Below are positions 20,852 to 29,257 of a stretch of 64,000 nt of DNA, piece after piece (within the stretch, counting starts at the first letter, position 1; each line of letters opens with the position of its first letter). This stretch comes from a virus: positions 64,001-128,000 of IMG/VR virus record IMGVR_UViG_3300020595_003017; one strand, 5' to 3'. The notes beneath the pieces were generated by a model that was not told the DNA's origin, ran no database searches, and saw only the letters and a list, made by a program, of their open reading frames with translations. The translations under genes and the position numbers were made by a program.

Positions 20852-21061
20852 TTGCGGCCGCAAAGTCCAAGAGTGAATAACCTACTAGAGATTATAAAAG
20901 ATATCCACCTTAAGGCGTGTCTTGAAGAAGAAGACGGCTATATCGATCCAGAATCTGGCAGATATGTGATGACGGAATATTATTTAAAAAAACGTGGACA
21001 CTGTTGCCAGTCCGGCTGTAGGCATTGTCCTTACCCAGAAACGGGGAAAAATCATGATTAG
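20852..21061 (+). CDS. Small Cys-rich protein (DUF5522-like)
   Basis: YLKKRGHCCQSGCRHCPY; start uncertain. Confidence 0.65.
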   Translation: MRPQSPRVNNLLEIIKDIHLKACLEEEDGYIDPESGRYVMTEYYLKKRGHCCQSGCRHCPYPETGKNHD

Positions 21062-21344
21062 TTTACTTTTAGCGGGATGGTTAGCAGCCCCTAGTTACGG
21101 CGCAAGGGCAAACCTGAACAACACCCAGGTTCGCCAACGAGCACACCAAATCGTACAACTTTTGCGGAGACAAGACCCAAGGGTTTTACGCTCCGTCATG
21201 TATTATATGGAGTGGGTTCCCAAGGTAAAATACACTCGGGAAAAATGTAAAAAGAATACTATTAAAACCCAACCAGATCCAGTGATGGATATGTTATTAG
21301 ACGCTGCTGGGATCCCCAGTTCAGGACCAAGGAAAAGAAAATGA
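21054..21344 (+). CDS. Putative exported protein
   Basis: MISLLLAGWLAAP signal-like N-terminus. Confidence 0.55.
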   Translation: MISLLLAGWLAAPSYGARANLNNTQVRQRAHQIVQLLRRQDPRVLRSVMYYMEWVPKVKYTREKCKKNTIKTQPDPVMDMLLDAAGIPSSGPRKRK

Positions 21345-21778
21345 AGAAGTTTAATCTAATTGATATTATTACTATGCTAGGCATCGCCGCATCTATTTTA
21401 TTAATATTGATGTTTGCATCTGGATGCTCTATGAAGTTCTATAAGAAATCAACAGAGGATGTTCGCAAATGTTGTGAACGTGTAAGCCTTCACCAAAAGC
21501 AGATGGCACAATTTACTCGCTATTGTAAAGTGGCCTTGTTTCTGGCGAACAGTGAAAACAAAAAAGAAGTTGGAAATGGAGTACGCAAGGGGGCTAGAGA
21601 TGCTGTTAATGTTTGTAAGTTTGTGTTTGGTGTAGACAGCGATGAAGATTTGTTAGCTGCCGGAGACAGACAAGATTATTATAAGGTTCGTTCTTATATT
21701 TATACAAAGGACGATCCAAGCGGACGGTGGCATCCTCCTCAGTGTGATCCTGCTGAGATTCATTGCGAGGAGTTTTAA
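21341..21778 (+). CDS. Putative lipoprotein, Cys-rich
   Basis: Hydrophobic stretch ending in the lipobox ASGC. Confidence 0.6.
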   Translation: MKKFNLIDIITMLGIAASILLILMFASGCSMKFYKKSTEDVRKCCERVSLHQKQMAQFTRYCKVALFLANSENKKEVGNGVRKGARDAVNVCKFVFGVDSDEDLLAAGDRQDYYKVRSYIYTKDDPSGRWHPPQCDPAEIHCEEF

Positions 21779-21779
21779 A

Positions 21780-22487
21780 ATGAGTGTTAACCAACAAGGC
21801 TTTGACTACGAGAATGTGGTCATTGAATCGTTAAAGAAGGCTGGCGTAGCTGGAGACATCCAACAGGGAGCAGGAGCATCTGCCGCCGCTGCCGACGCTG
21901 ACTTTATTGTGGACGGAAAGAAGTATTTGCTTGAAGTGAAAAGTGATCTTGAGGCACAAATGGGTGGTACTTCCGTCAGGTACAGTGACGGCGAGTTTGA
22001 GATCGTAAGCGAAGCAGTTGATAAGAGCACTGCCGCATTAATTATCGCTGCCCTTTCTAGCAAGCGAGGACCAATTGAAAGACTCTTGGCTGCCATTGGC
22101 GGCGACAAATTTCCTACCACATGTGACAAGCACACTTGGACGGTAGCAAAAGAAAAAGGACTACTAAAGCCAATCAACACTAAGGTAAGAAAGAACACAT
22201 CATTCATCGCAAACCATTACAAGCAAAAGGGCATTCACTATGTTCAAATTGGTGGAGCCGGGCTGTTCTATTTGGAGGATAATCCTGCTGGTCTAAACAT
22301 ACCAAAGCTTGAGGGTGAAATTGATATTGAACTGAGAGCAGGCCGTAGCGGATCAACTTTGAACGCTGCTGGTGATCGACGTGTAAGCGGACTGTTGCGA
22401 GCACAAGCTCGCCTCAAGTTCAAGGGTCAATCACCCATCACACTTGATTCCCAAATTGGAATTGCCCAGATCAAAGGCACACAATAA
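21780..22487 (+). CDS. PD-(D/E)xK nuclease-like protein
   Basis: GFDYENVV...ADADF...LLEVK motif; ATG at 21780. Confidence 0.65.
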   Translation: MSVNQQGFDYENVVIESLKKAGVAGDIQQGAGASAAAADADFIVDGKKYLLEVKSDLEAQMGGTSVRYSDGEFEIVSEAVDKSTAALIIAALSSKRGPIERLLAAIGGDKFPTTCDKHTWTVAKEKGLLKPINTKVRKNTSFIANHYKQKGIHYVQIGGAGLFYLEDNPAGLNIPKLEGEIDIELRAGRSGSTLNAAGDRRVSGLLRAQARLKFKGQSPITLDSQIGIAQIKGTQ

Positions 22488-22489
22488 AA

Positions 22490-22627
22490 ATGTTATACAT
22501 ACTAAAGGTAGTAGCAACCATGATCGTATCATTCGCTGCTGGTATAGTATTGCATAGAATGTTATGGAAGTTCTTTGACTGGGTGTTAGATGCACTTGAA
22601 CGTATGGATGATGAGGAAGGTTTATAG
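22490..22627 (+). CDS. Small membrane peptide, 45 aa
   Basis: Read by hand: MLYILKVVATMIVSFAAGIVLHRMLWKFFDW... Confidence 0.45.
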   Translation: MLYILKVVATMIVSFAAGIVLHRMLWKFFDWVLDALERMDDEEGL

Positions 22628-22714
22628 ATGTATTCAGTAAGAGAGTTTGTAGTTGTATTGGTAGTAGCCAGCGGGCTTGTTCTGTCTGCTTTTGGTCTAG
22701 CTTACCTGAATTAA
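22628..22714 (+). CDS. Tiny hydrophobic peptide, 28 aa
   Basis: Read by hand: MYSVREFVVVLVVASGLVLSAFGLAYLN, abutting the upstream stop. Confidence 0.35.
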   Translation: MYSVREFVVVLVVASGLVLSAFGLAYLN

Positions 22715-22900
22715 TCAACCGTTTACAGCTTTGTTGACAAATTATGCACAATTGACTGCAAAAGTTGCACAATTGTTAAGTATTTGTTTTTATTGTTTTG
22801 TACAGCGGATGACTGCTTGTTATCCAGTGTTATCAACAGTTTAATATATTGTCAGCGATTGTCGGCATTTGACAGCCATTGTCTCAATGGGCCTAGTACA
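22715..22900. repeat. Non-coding region with helically phased short repeats
   Basis: tgcacaattg at 22745 and 22766; tgttatc at 22818 and 22828; attgtc at 22848, 22858 and 22878; TTATGCACA at 22742. Confidence 0.7.
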
Positions 22901-22956
22901 TGAGTAATGCGTCAGCGTCAAGAGAAAAGAAAATGCAGGAAAAGCACATTAAAAAC

Positions 22957-23008
22957 TTGACACATATGCTATCCATGGTAATATACAGTTGAGAGAGGGA
23001 GACACCAA
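22957..23008 (+). promoter_or_regulatory. Sigma70-like early promoter with GA-rich leader
   Basis: TTGACA-N16-TAATAT with TG, then gttgagagagggagacacca-ATG. Confidence 0.85.
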
Positions 23009-24049
23009 ATGTCCGTAGACTTCAAAACCTTCGTGAGCTTAGCACCTTCAGTGAGTGCAGCCAAACTTCCAGTACTTCTCGGTGGTCGCCGCGGCCTCGG
23101 CAAGAGCCAAGTTGTTTATCAGCTTGCTGCTAATGCCGGCTTGCCTGTAGTTGAGCGTCGTGCCAGCCAGATGACCGAGGGTGACTTGGTTGGGCTGCCT
23201 AGCGTTGAAGGCAATCGCACCAGCTTCAACCCACCTGATTGGTTCAAGCAAGCTTGTGAAGAGCCTGTCTGCCTTTTCCTTGATGAGGTTGACCGAGCTA
23301 CCCTTGAAGTTCGACAAGGAATCTTCGAGTTGACGGACAGTCGGAAACTCAACGGTCACAACCTTCATCCTGACACGATCATCTTCGCTGCCGTCAACGG
23401 CGGTGAGCACGGTGAGAACTACCAAGTCAATGAGATGGATCCTGCGGAACTTGACCGCTGGTCAGTCTGGGACATCGAACCGACGGTTGAAGATTGGTTA
23501 GCCTGGGCTAAGAACAATGTTGATGGCCTCGTCTGGGACTTCATCAACCAGAACCGTGGTCACCTCGAACACAATGAGGATATCGAACCTAACAAACGCT
23601 ACCCCAGCCGTCGTAGCTGGGACCGGCTTGACAAAGTTCTCAAGCAGGCAGATGCTCTTGAAGCTGGTCCAGTAATGTTCAACCTGGCTCAAAGCTTCGT
23701 CGGCTTCGAAGCTGCTGTGGCTCTCAACGACTACGCCAAGAACTACGAGCGGGTTGTGACGGTTGAGCAACTCCTCAACGGTGACCGAGTTGAAGCTCTG
23801 GCTGCCTTCTCCCTCAACGAGCACTGCGCTATGATCGAAAAGGTCGAGGCAGAAGAGATCTGCAAAGCTGAGTTCAGCGATGAGCATGTCGAGAACCTTG
23901 CCAACTACTTCGTGACGCTTCCCAGCGAAGCAGCCATGAAGCTCTGGTCGGTAATCAGCCAAGCTGGTGTCCAAGAAAACGTGGTCAAGTTCCACGGTGC
24001 CAACGAAGGTGCTGTCGGTAGCCACCTCTCCAAAATCCTGGGAGCCTAA
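23009..24049 (+). CDS. MoxR/dynein-related AAA+ ATPase
   Basis: GRRGLGKS (Walker A), LFLDEVDR (Walker B), IFAAVN (sensor 1) and MDPAELDRW (Arg finger). Confidence 0.88.
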   Translation: MSVDFKTFVSLAPSVSAAKLPVLLGGRRGLGKSQVVYQLAANAGLPVVERRASQMTEGDLVGLPSVEGNRTSFNPPDWFKQACEEPVCLFLDEVDRATLEVRQGIFELTDSRKLNGHNLHPDTIIFAAVNGGEHGENYQVNEMDPAELDRWSVWDIEPTVEDWLAWAKNNVDGLVWDFINQNRGHLEHNEDIEPNKRYPSRRSWDRLDKVLKQADALEAGPVMFNLAQSFVGFEAAVALNDYAKNYERVVTVEQLLNGDRVEALAAFSLNEHCAMIEKVEAEEICKAEFSDEHVENLANYFVTLPSEAAMKLWSVISQAGVQENVVKFHGANEGAVGSHLSKILGA

Positions 24050-24078
24050 TCTCTCTCTCAACCCTGCTCTCAGGTGAC

Positions 24079-24108
24079 AAGCCCAGCCAAGTGCTGGGTT
24101 TTGTTTTT
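24079..24108 (+). terminator. Rho-independent terminator
   Basis: cccagc-caagt-gctggg followed by ttttgttttt. Confidence 0.75.
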
Positions 24109-24125
24109 GGGGAACAAATAAAAAC

Positions 24126-24176
24126 TTGACAGGTAGTGTATCCATGGTAGTATATGAATGAGGGAGAGAGACAGTA
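24126..24176 (+). promoter_or_regulatory. Sigma70-like early promoter with GA-rich leader
   Basis: TTGACA-N16-TAGTAT with TG, then gagggagagagacagta-ATG. Confidence 0.85.
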
Positions 24177-25388
24177 ATGAGCTTTGACTTAAAACTGCAC
24201 GCTTATAGACTGCTCATGGATGAGCCGTTCTTTGCTGCACTAAGCCGCAAGATTGAGAAGCGTGCTGATTATAATATTCCTACTGCTGGTGTTCGGGTAG
24301 ATCCCGAGAGTGCCCAGTTCGAAATGATTTACAACCCTGACTTCTTTGCCAGCCTGCCTGAAGAGCATGTGCGTGGTGTACTCAAGCATGAGTTCTACCA
24401 CTTGATCTTTGAACATGTGACCAGCCGGAAGCCTGAGGGCGTTAACCACAAGGTCTGGAACATCTGTGCTGACCTGGCTATCAACAGCCACTTGGTCGGC
24501 GAGTTGCCGGACATGGCCTGTATGCCTGGTGGTCCTAACTTCGAAGAGCTTCCGCTGGGCATGAGCGCCGAGTGGTACTTGGCTAACTTCCCAGAGCGTG
24601 AAGAGGGTGAGGACTCTGAGGATGGTGACAGCGAGAGTGGTGATGGCGAGGGTCAGCCTGGTCAAGGTGAGGGCGGAGAGCCTGGCAGCTTTGATGACCA
24701 CTCCGGTTGGGATGATGCCAGCCAAAGCCCTGAGCAGCAAGCAGCTAATCAGATGGCTAAGGAGCGACTCAAGCAAGCCATGAAAGATGCTGCCCAAGAA
24801 GCTAGCCAGTCTGCCAAAGGCTGGGGCACGATGTCGGCGGAGATTAAAAAAGATATTCTAAAAAGACTAGAGAGTAAGGTAGACTGGCGTAAGGTACTCA
24901 GGTACTTCATCAAAACCAGCCAGCGTGCCAGCCGCCGGTCCAGTGTCAAGCGGATCAACAAGCGGTATGCCTACATTCATCCCGGCAAGAAGGTACTGAG
25001 GCAAGCAAAGATTGCCATCGCTATCGACCAGTCCGGCTCTGTCTGCGATGAGATGCTGTCAGCCTTCTTCGGAGAACTCAACGGGCTAGCCAAGCTGGCA
25101 GAGTTCACGGTGATCCCCTTCGACACTGAGGTGCCAGAGGATAAGGTCTACGTTTGGAAGAAGGGCAAGAGCCAAAACCCTGAGCGTGTTTCCTGCGGCG
25201 GTACCTGCTTCAATGCTCCTACCGACTATGTTAACAAGCGTGGGGACTTTGATGGTGTCATTATTCTGACGGACATGGAAGCTCCCAAGCCCAAGGCTTG
25301 CAAAGCTCAACGGATGTGGATGACGGATCAGCGGGGTGCCAGCAATCCCTACTTCAAAACCAATGAGAAAGTTATCGCAATTGACTAA
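24177..25388 (+). CDS. HExxH metallopeptidase-like plus vWA-like protein (DUF2201 type), typical MoxR partner
   Basis: LKHEFYH, WNICADLAIN, acidic Gly-rich linker, IAIDQSGS (MIDAS), GGTCF and ILTD. Confidence 0.85.
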   Translation: MSFDLKLHAYRLLMDEPFFAALSRKIEKRADYNIPTAGVRVDPESAQFEMIYNPDFFASLPEEHVRGVLKHEFYHLIFEHVTSRKPEGVNHKVWNICADLAINSHLVGELPDMACMPGGPNFEELPLGMSAEWYLANFPEREEGEDSEDGDSESGDGEGQPGQGEGGEPGSFDDHSGWDDASQSPEQQAANQMAKERLKQAMKDAAQEASQSAKGWGTMSAEIKKDILKRLESKVDWRKVLRYFIKTSQRASRRSSVKRINKRYAYIHPGKKVLRQAKIAIAIDQSGSVCDEMLSAFFGELNGLAKLAEFTVIPFDTEVPEDKVYVWKKGKSQNPERVSCGGTCFNAPTDYVNKRGDFDGVIILTDMEAPKPKACKAQRMWMTDQRGASNPYFKTNEKVIAID

Positions 25389-25415
25389 CGCATTTTGCGG
25401 GAAGAAATAAAAAGA

Positions 25416-25595
25416 ATGAAAGAACTAAAAGAGATAGCAGATAGAATTGTAGCTTATGAAAGCGGGGAGCTAGATCAAGAGCAGACCATCCAGCTATTCC
25501 AAGAACTGTATGACAGCGGTATGGTGTGGAATCTTCAAGGTCACTACGGTAGATTAGCTTTTCAGCTTCTGGAAGCAGGTTTGATTAGAGGGTGA
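25416..25595 (+). CDS. Small conserved phage protein
   Basis: LFQELYDSGMVWNLQGHYGR pattern. Confidence 0.65.
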   Translation: MKELKEIADRIVAYESGELDQEQTIQLFQELYDSGMVWNLQGHYGRLAFQLLEAGLIRG

Positions 25596-25739
25596 CAGCA
25601 GTGGGGTGGGGTGCCAGCCCTGCCAGCCTACTACCCCTAATGTTAGTCCCAGGGGGTTGACTGGGGGTATATGCTGTGCTAAGCACATTTTCAACGGATA
25701 GATAATTTTTCCAGATTTTGACTTTTGAGGAATAATAGA

Positions 25740-25967
25740 ATGATTAAAGTGGGAGATATTGTGTTTCGGAAATATAAAGGGGGAATAAGGAATAACCAGC
25801 CGAATGAATCAGCACTAGGCCTAGTTATTAAAGAACACGGAACAGATCTAGCTATCTCAGTTAATCAGTACCAAGTTCGATTTGGACAGGAACAAAGTGC
25901 AAAATGGTATTGGCAACATGAGCTTTATAAAATCAAATGGGAAAATAAAGGAGCTAAATATGATTAA
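25740..25967 (+). CDS. Small SH3/KOW-like protein
   Basis: MIKVGDIVFR...LGLVI...YQVRF; GAGG SD. Confidence 0.65.
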   Translation: MIKVGDIVFRKYKGGIRNNQPNESALGLVIKEHGTDLAISVNQYQVRFGQEQSAKWYWQHELYKIKWENKGAKYD

Positions 25968-26220
25968 CTTTAAAACCAACATACCAGAGATCGACGCAGA
26001 AAACGACATCTTGTTTAAAGCAGCAGCTTTTCTACAGATGTGTGGTAATGATCCAGGGCTAACAATGTCAGATTTCTACTCAGTGCTGCTAGCGGAAGAT
26101 TCAAGTCTTTCAAAGGAGGAGTGCGGCAGACTAACCTCGGCAGCAGTTGCCCTTGAGACTATGATGCAGTCAGGGTTTGAAATGGAAGAAGAGCAGTTTG
26201 GAGACCTCACTACTCACTAG
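25960..26220 (+). CDS. Acidic hypothetical protein
   Basis: ATG at 25960 after AAGGAG. Confidence 0.6.
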   Translation: MINFKTNIPEIDAENDILFKAAAFLQMCGNDPGLTMSDFYSVLLAEDSSLSKEECGRLTSAAVALETMMQSGFEMEEEQFGDLTTH

Positions 26221-26429
26221 TGCTTAGCATTGGCGACCTAGTAATAGTCAACGATATTTGCGCATTGAGCAGTTATCGTGGTGAACTAGCCATAGTGATC
26301 AAGCATATGGGCCAGGATCCTATAGACCTTGACGGCGGTTACTACTTTAAGATACAGTTCTCAGACGGCAGGCAGGAAATACTAACAAACAAAGAATTAT
26401 CACTATTGTCAAAGGCAGAAAGAAAATAA
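26220..26429 (+). CDS. Small SH3/KOW-like protein
   Basis: MLSIGDLVIV...LAIVI...FKIQF. Confidence 0.6.
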   Translation: MLSIGDLVIVNDICALSSYRGELAIVIKHMGQDPIDLDGGYYFKIQFSDGRQEILTNKELSLLSKAERK

Positions 26430-26430
26430 T

Positions 26431-26631
26431 ATGAAAATCGGAGATCTAGTGCAGTTCACCTACGGAAGAGTAGGAGGACAAATAGAACGTATAGGCATCT
26501 TTGCGGAGCGTGGTTATTACGGCATCCATAAAGTCATTTGTGAGAACAGAATATACTGGGTACCGGAAGACTGCATTAAACTAATTTCTATGAAACGAAA
26601 GGGCGATGTAAATGATTTCAACATCAACTAA
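26431..26631 (+). CDS. Small SH3/KOW-like protein
   Basis: MKIGDLVQF...IGIF...HKVI. Confidence 0.6.
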   Translation: MKIGDLVQFTYGRVGGQIERIGIFAERGYYGIHKVICENRIYWVPEDCIKLISMKRKGDVNDFNIN

Positions 26632-26797
26632 GAAGAAGACTAAGGAAGACAGATTGCGGGAACAAGTGTTACACCTTTCTGTAGACTTGGAGTATGCAGG
26701 TAGGCAAGGGGATTCAGCATATTCAGCACGGGTAAACAAAAAGCTCAACAAGTTGTATAATAAGTTGGATAAATTACATAATGTTTCAGAAGGGTGA
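26612..26797 (+). CDS. Small basic helical protein
   Basis: 61 aa ORF in an overlapping gene chain. Confidence 0.5.
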   Translation: MISTSTKKKTKEDRLREQVLHLSVDLEYAGRQGDSAYSARVNKKLNKLYNKLDKLHNVSEG

Positions 26798-26981
26798 CTT
26801 CATCGTTGAGTACCAGCGGGTCGATCGCACGGGCGGAATTAACTTTGGTGTAGTGATGGGCGCAGAGAAAGGCTTTCAGGATATGATCGTACTTGATGTA
26901 GTATTCCCCACGGAAAGATTATATACTTTTGCCAGCCACTGCCAGCCATATAAGGATTGGTTAAATGAAAACGGGTTTTAA
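26781..26981 (+). CDS. Small SH3/KOW-like protein
   Basis: MFQKGDFIV...FGVVM...LDVVF. Confidence 0.55.
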   Translation: MFQKGDFIVEYQRVDRTGGINFGVVMGAEKGFQDMIVLDVVFPTERLYTFASHCQPYKDWLNENGF

Positions 26982-27195
26982 AGCCGGCGACCTTGTTAAG
27001 GTCAAGGACGATTCATGGTGGTTACAAAGGTCTCAAACCTTCCGAGCCATGATAGCGCCTGGCAGCCTTGTATTGGTTACGGATAATATTGTAGGCAGTA
27101 AACGGTTCTTTTATGGCCTTGTCTGCGGTAGTGACGGCGAAGCACACTTGTGGAGTTGTGATCAATTTGATTTGGTTCAAAGCGCCGGACAGTAA
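26965..27195 (+). CDS. Small SH3/KOW-like protein
   Basis: FKAGDLVKVK...LVLVT. Confidence 0.6.
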   Translation: MKTGFKAGDLVKVKDDSWWLQRSQTFRAMIAPGSLVLVTDNIVGSKRFFYGLVCGSDGEAHLWSCDQFDLVQSAGQ

Positions 27196-27340
27196 AAAAA
27201 TTTCTAGAAAAAATTTCGGAGTTTTATAATGGTTATAGCTGCTCTTATCTTAGGATGGCTTATGATCGGGGTCGCTTCTGCCTTTATTGTGGCGGCTGCC
27301 TTCTTTGACATTAAAGAAAAAAATTTGGAGGAAAACGACC

Positions 27341-27688
27341 ATGATCTATAAGTCATTGTTTTTGCTTGTATTTGCTAATTTGTTTAATCAAGCGTACCAA
27401 CTAGAAAATATATCTTGCCCTAAATGGGTGCCTGGTACTAATGAAATCTTGCCGGCAGGGGTAACCCTATCTCCGGAATTGGAATTAAAAAACCGGGTAC
27501 GCTGTTATTGCGAGGTTGTCAAAGCAAAAGAACAAGAATGTGCTACCATGAGAATTCCATGGAACATCTGCAAGGCTAGGACAGCAGCATGGGTCGAAGA
27601 TAATTTGATGCTACGAGAAAATTTTAGGCGAGCGCAAGCGCCGGCTCCTCTACCACAACGTGATAGGATGATCAACATTGAACCGTAG
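27341..27688 (+). CDS. Putative exported Cys-containing protein
   Basis: ATG after GGAGG; MIYKSLFLLVFANLF signal-like start. Confidence 0.55.
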   Translation: MIYKSLFLLVFANLFNQAYQLENISCPKWVPGTNEILPAGVTLSPELELKNRVRCYCEVVKAKEQECATMRIPWNICKARTAAWVEDNLMLRENFRRAQAPAPLPQRDRMINIEP

Positions 27689-28079
27689 GGGTATGACTCT
27701 TATCTTAGTTTTGATGATGAGTGCATTCATTGGCATGAGTGCAATGTTATTATTTTCTACCACGAATATGGAAACTATGATCGCCGGCAACATTCGGCGC
27801 ATCAACCAAGCAAAAATTTCGGCGACGAGCGGGCTGAATCATTTCACCGCTCTTGACTTGGATTACAACACACTTAGAGAGCGGGCTGGCGGTCTGCAAA
27901 CTTTGCAGGTCTTGTCCGATGTCCGCTTGTCCACTTTCACGTCTTACGAGGTAAAAGTTCATTTTTCTCCGTCTCTAAGTGCGGGGCAATATTTGGTCGA
28001 GAGCATTGGATACTATACCAAGGGTGATAAGATTCTAGCCATCCATCCTATAAAAGCTCTTTTTGAGGGTGGCCAATAA
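27678..28079 (+). CDS. PilX-like (minor type IV pilin) N-terminal domain protein
   Basis: MNRRG/MTLILVLMM...AGNIRRINQAKISATSGL resembles a class III signal peptide plus the PilX helix. Confidence 0.6.
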   Translation: MNRRGMTLILVLMMSAFIGMSAMLLFSTTNMETMIAGNIRRINQAKISATSGLNHFTALDLDYNTLRERAGGLQTLQVLSDVRLSTFTSYEVKVHFSPSLSAGQYLVESIGYYTKGDKILAIHPIKALFEGGQ

Positions 28080-28118
28080 AAATACTAAACTACTTAGTGT
28101 TACAACGGAGGTTTCAAT

Positions 28119-28250
28119 ATGATTACTAAAACTGGTTTTTGGAAGACAATTAAAAAAGGTCTCATAGAAGCTGAGAGATCTAAGAAGTTGACAAAACAAA
28201 TTATGAAAATTATTAAGGATGTCCCGCAAAATGAAAATAGAGGAACTTAG
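28119..28250 (+). CDS. Small basic protein, 43 aa
   Basis: Read by hand: MITKTGFWKTIKKGLIEAE...; GGAGG SD. Confidence 0.5.
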   Translation: MITKTGFWKTIKKGLIEAERSKKLTKQIMKIIKDVPQNENRGT

Positions 28251-28434
28251 AAATTTAGTTCGGGACGTAATCCAGGAAACACTTGCTGATGGCGTATTTC
28301 AATCTCGTGCTAGAAAATCATATTCTAAAATGATAAAGCTAGCAGGATCTGGTGGGAATAAAAATACACCTCCGTTTGATGAAAAAGCAAAGTCAAAAAA
28401 CATGAAATCCGCACCTCCAACATCTGGAGAATAA
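28231..28434 (+). CDS. Small protein with a leader-like motif
   Basis: MKIEELRNLVRDVIQE, then GGNKNTPPF...KSAPP. Confidence 0.6.
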   Translation: MKIEELRNLVRDVIQETLADGVFQSRARKSYSKMIKLAGSGGNKNTPPFDEKAKSKNMKSAPPTSGE

Positions 28435-28435
28435 A

Positions 28436-29257
28436 ATGCACCAAGCTAGGCAATGGTATAATTTTATAAACGAAGAAGTCAAGAAGATTTATGTCCATGG
28501 CTATATTAAGCCAGAGAAATCATTCCATACCTTATCTGAGTGGAGAGTATTTGTAGATAAGATTCTACAGTATCAAAAAGATGGGTACTATGTTAGTCAT
28601 GGTCACGGCGAATTGGTTGGTCCGGACGAACTAACATCTTTAATAAAAGATTTTTATGGTTTCCAATTAACTGTTGATGTGGACAGGTATGATCTTTTAA
28701 CTTCCAAGAATGTTATGGACCACATCGAGGATTTTGTAAATCACAGATACTGGTCACTAGAAAATGAGTTTAGTCAATACTTCACTGACATAGATAATTT
28801 AAAGTTTGCTTACTTTTATTCTCGTGGCGATTTAGAGCCTTACGTTTTGGTAGACGATGCGTTTACTGAGCAGGTCTATGGCTCAACAAATAATCCAAAA
28901 GTATTATACCATTATACTCACCCAGAAGGTATAGAGAGAATAAAGAGAGCTATTGAGGGCGGAGACCCTTTTGATATTTCCGCCTACACTGTGGCCAAGC
29001 GTGACTTCTTCCGAGCTAAGTCTAATATGATAATGGAGTTCGAAGGGAATGTAAGGGCAGGATTCCGAAGTGATGTCAAATCATACTCAGTTAGTAATGG
29101 CAGGAAATGTGTTAATCTTCACCGAATGGGTTATCCTGGAGACAAAGATAATTTATGTACAGACCTAGTTAATGATTGTAACGGTGAACTAAAGACGAGT
29201 CTTTGGAACGAGTTTATAGTTACTCCTATTCGTATTCTGGATGTGTCTAAAAAATGA
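28436..29257 (+). CDS. Protein with a C-terminal ADP-ribosyltransferase-like fold and a leader peptide
   Basis: MHQARQWYNFINEE leader; LYHYT..EG..., DISAYT and WNEFIV motifs. Confidence 0.45.
   Translation: MHQARQWYNFINEEVKKIYVHGYIKPEKSFHTLSEWRVFVDKILQYQKDGYYVSHGHGELVGPDELTSLIKDFYGFQLTVDVDRYDLLTSKNVMDHIEDFVNHRYWSLENEFSQYFTDIDNLKFAYFYSRGDLEPYVLVDDAFTEQVYGSTNNPKVLYHYTHPEGIERIKRAIEGGDPFDISAYTVAKRDFFRAKSNMIMEFEGNVRAGFRSDVKSYSVSNGRKCVNLHRMGYPGDKDNLCTDLVNDCNGELKTSLWNEFIVTPIRILDVSKK

Noticed and set aside
23498-24797. Long minus-strand ORFs 23498..24145 and 24240..24797
   Set aside because: They are shadows of the AAA and vWA genes, with no motifs or SD of their own.
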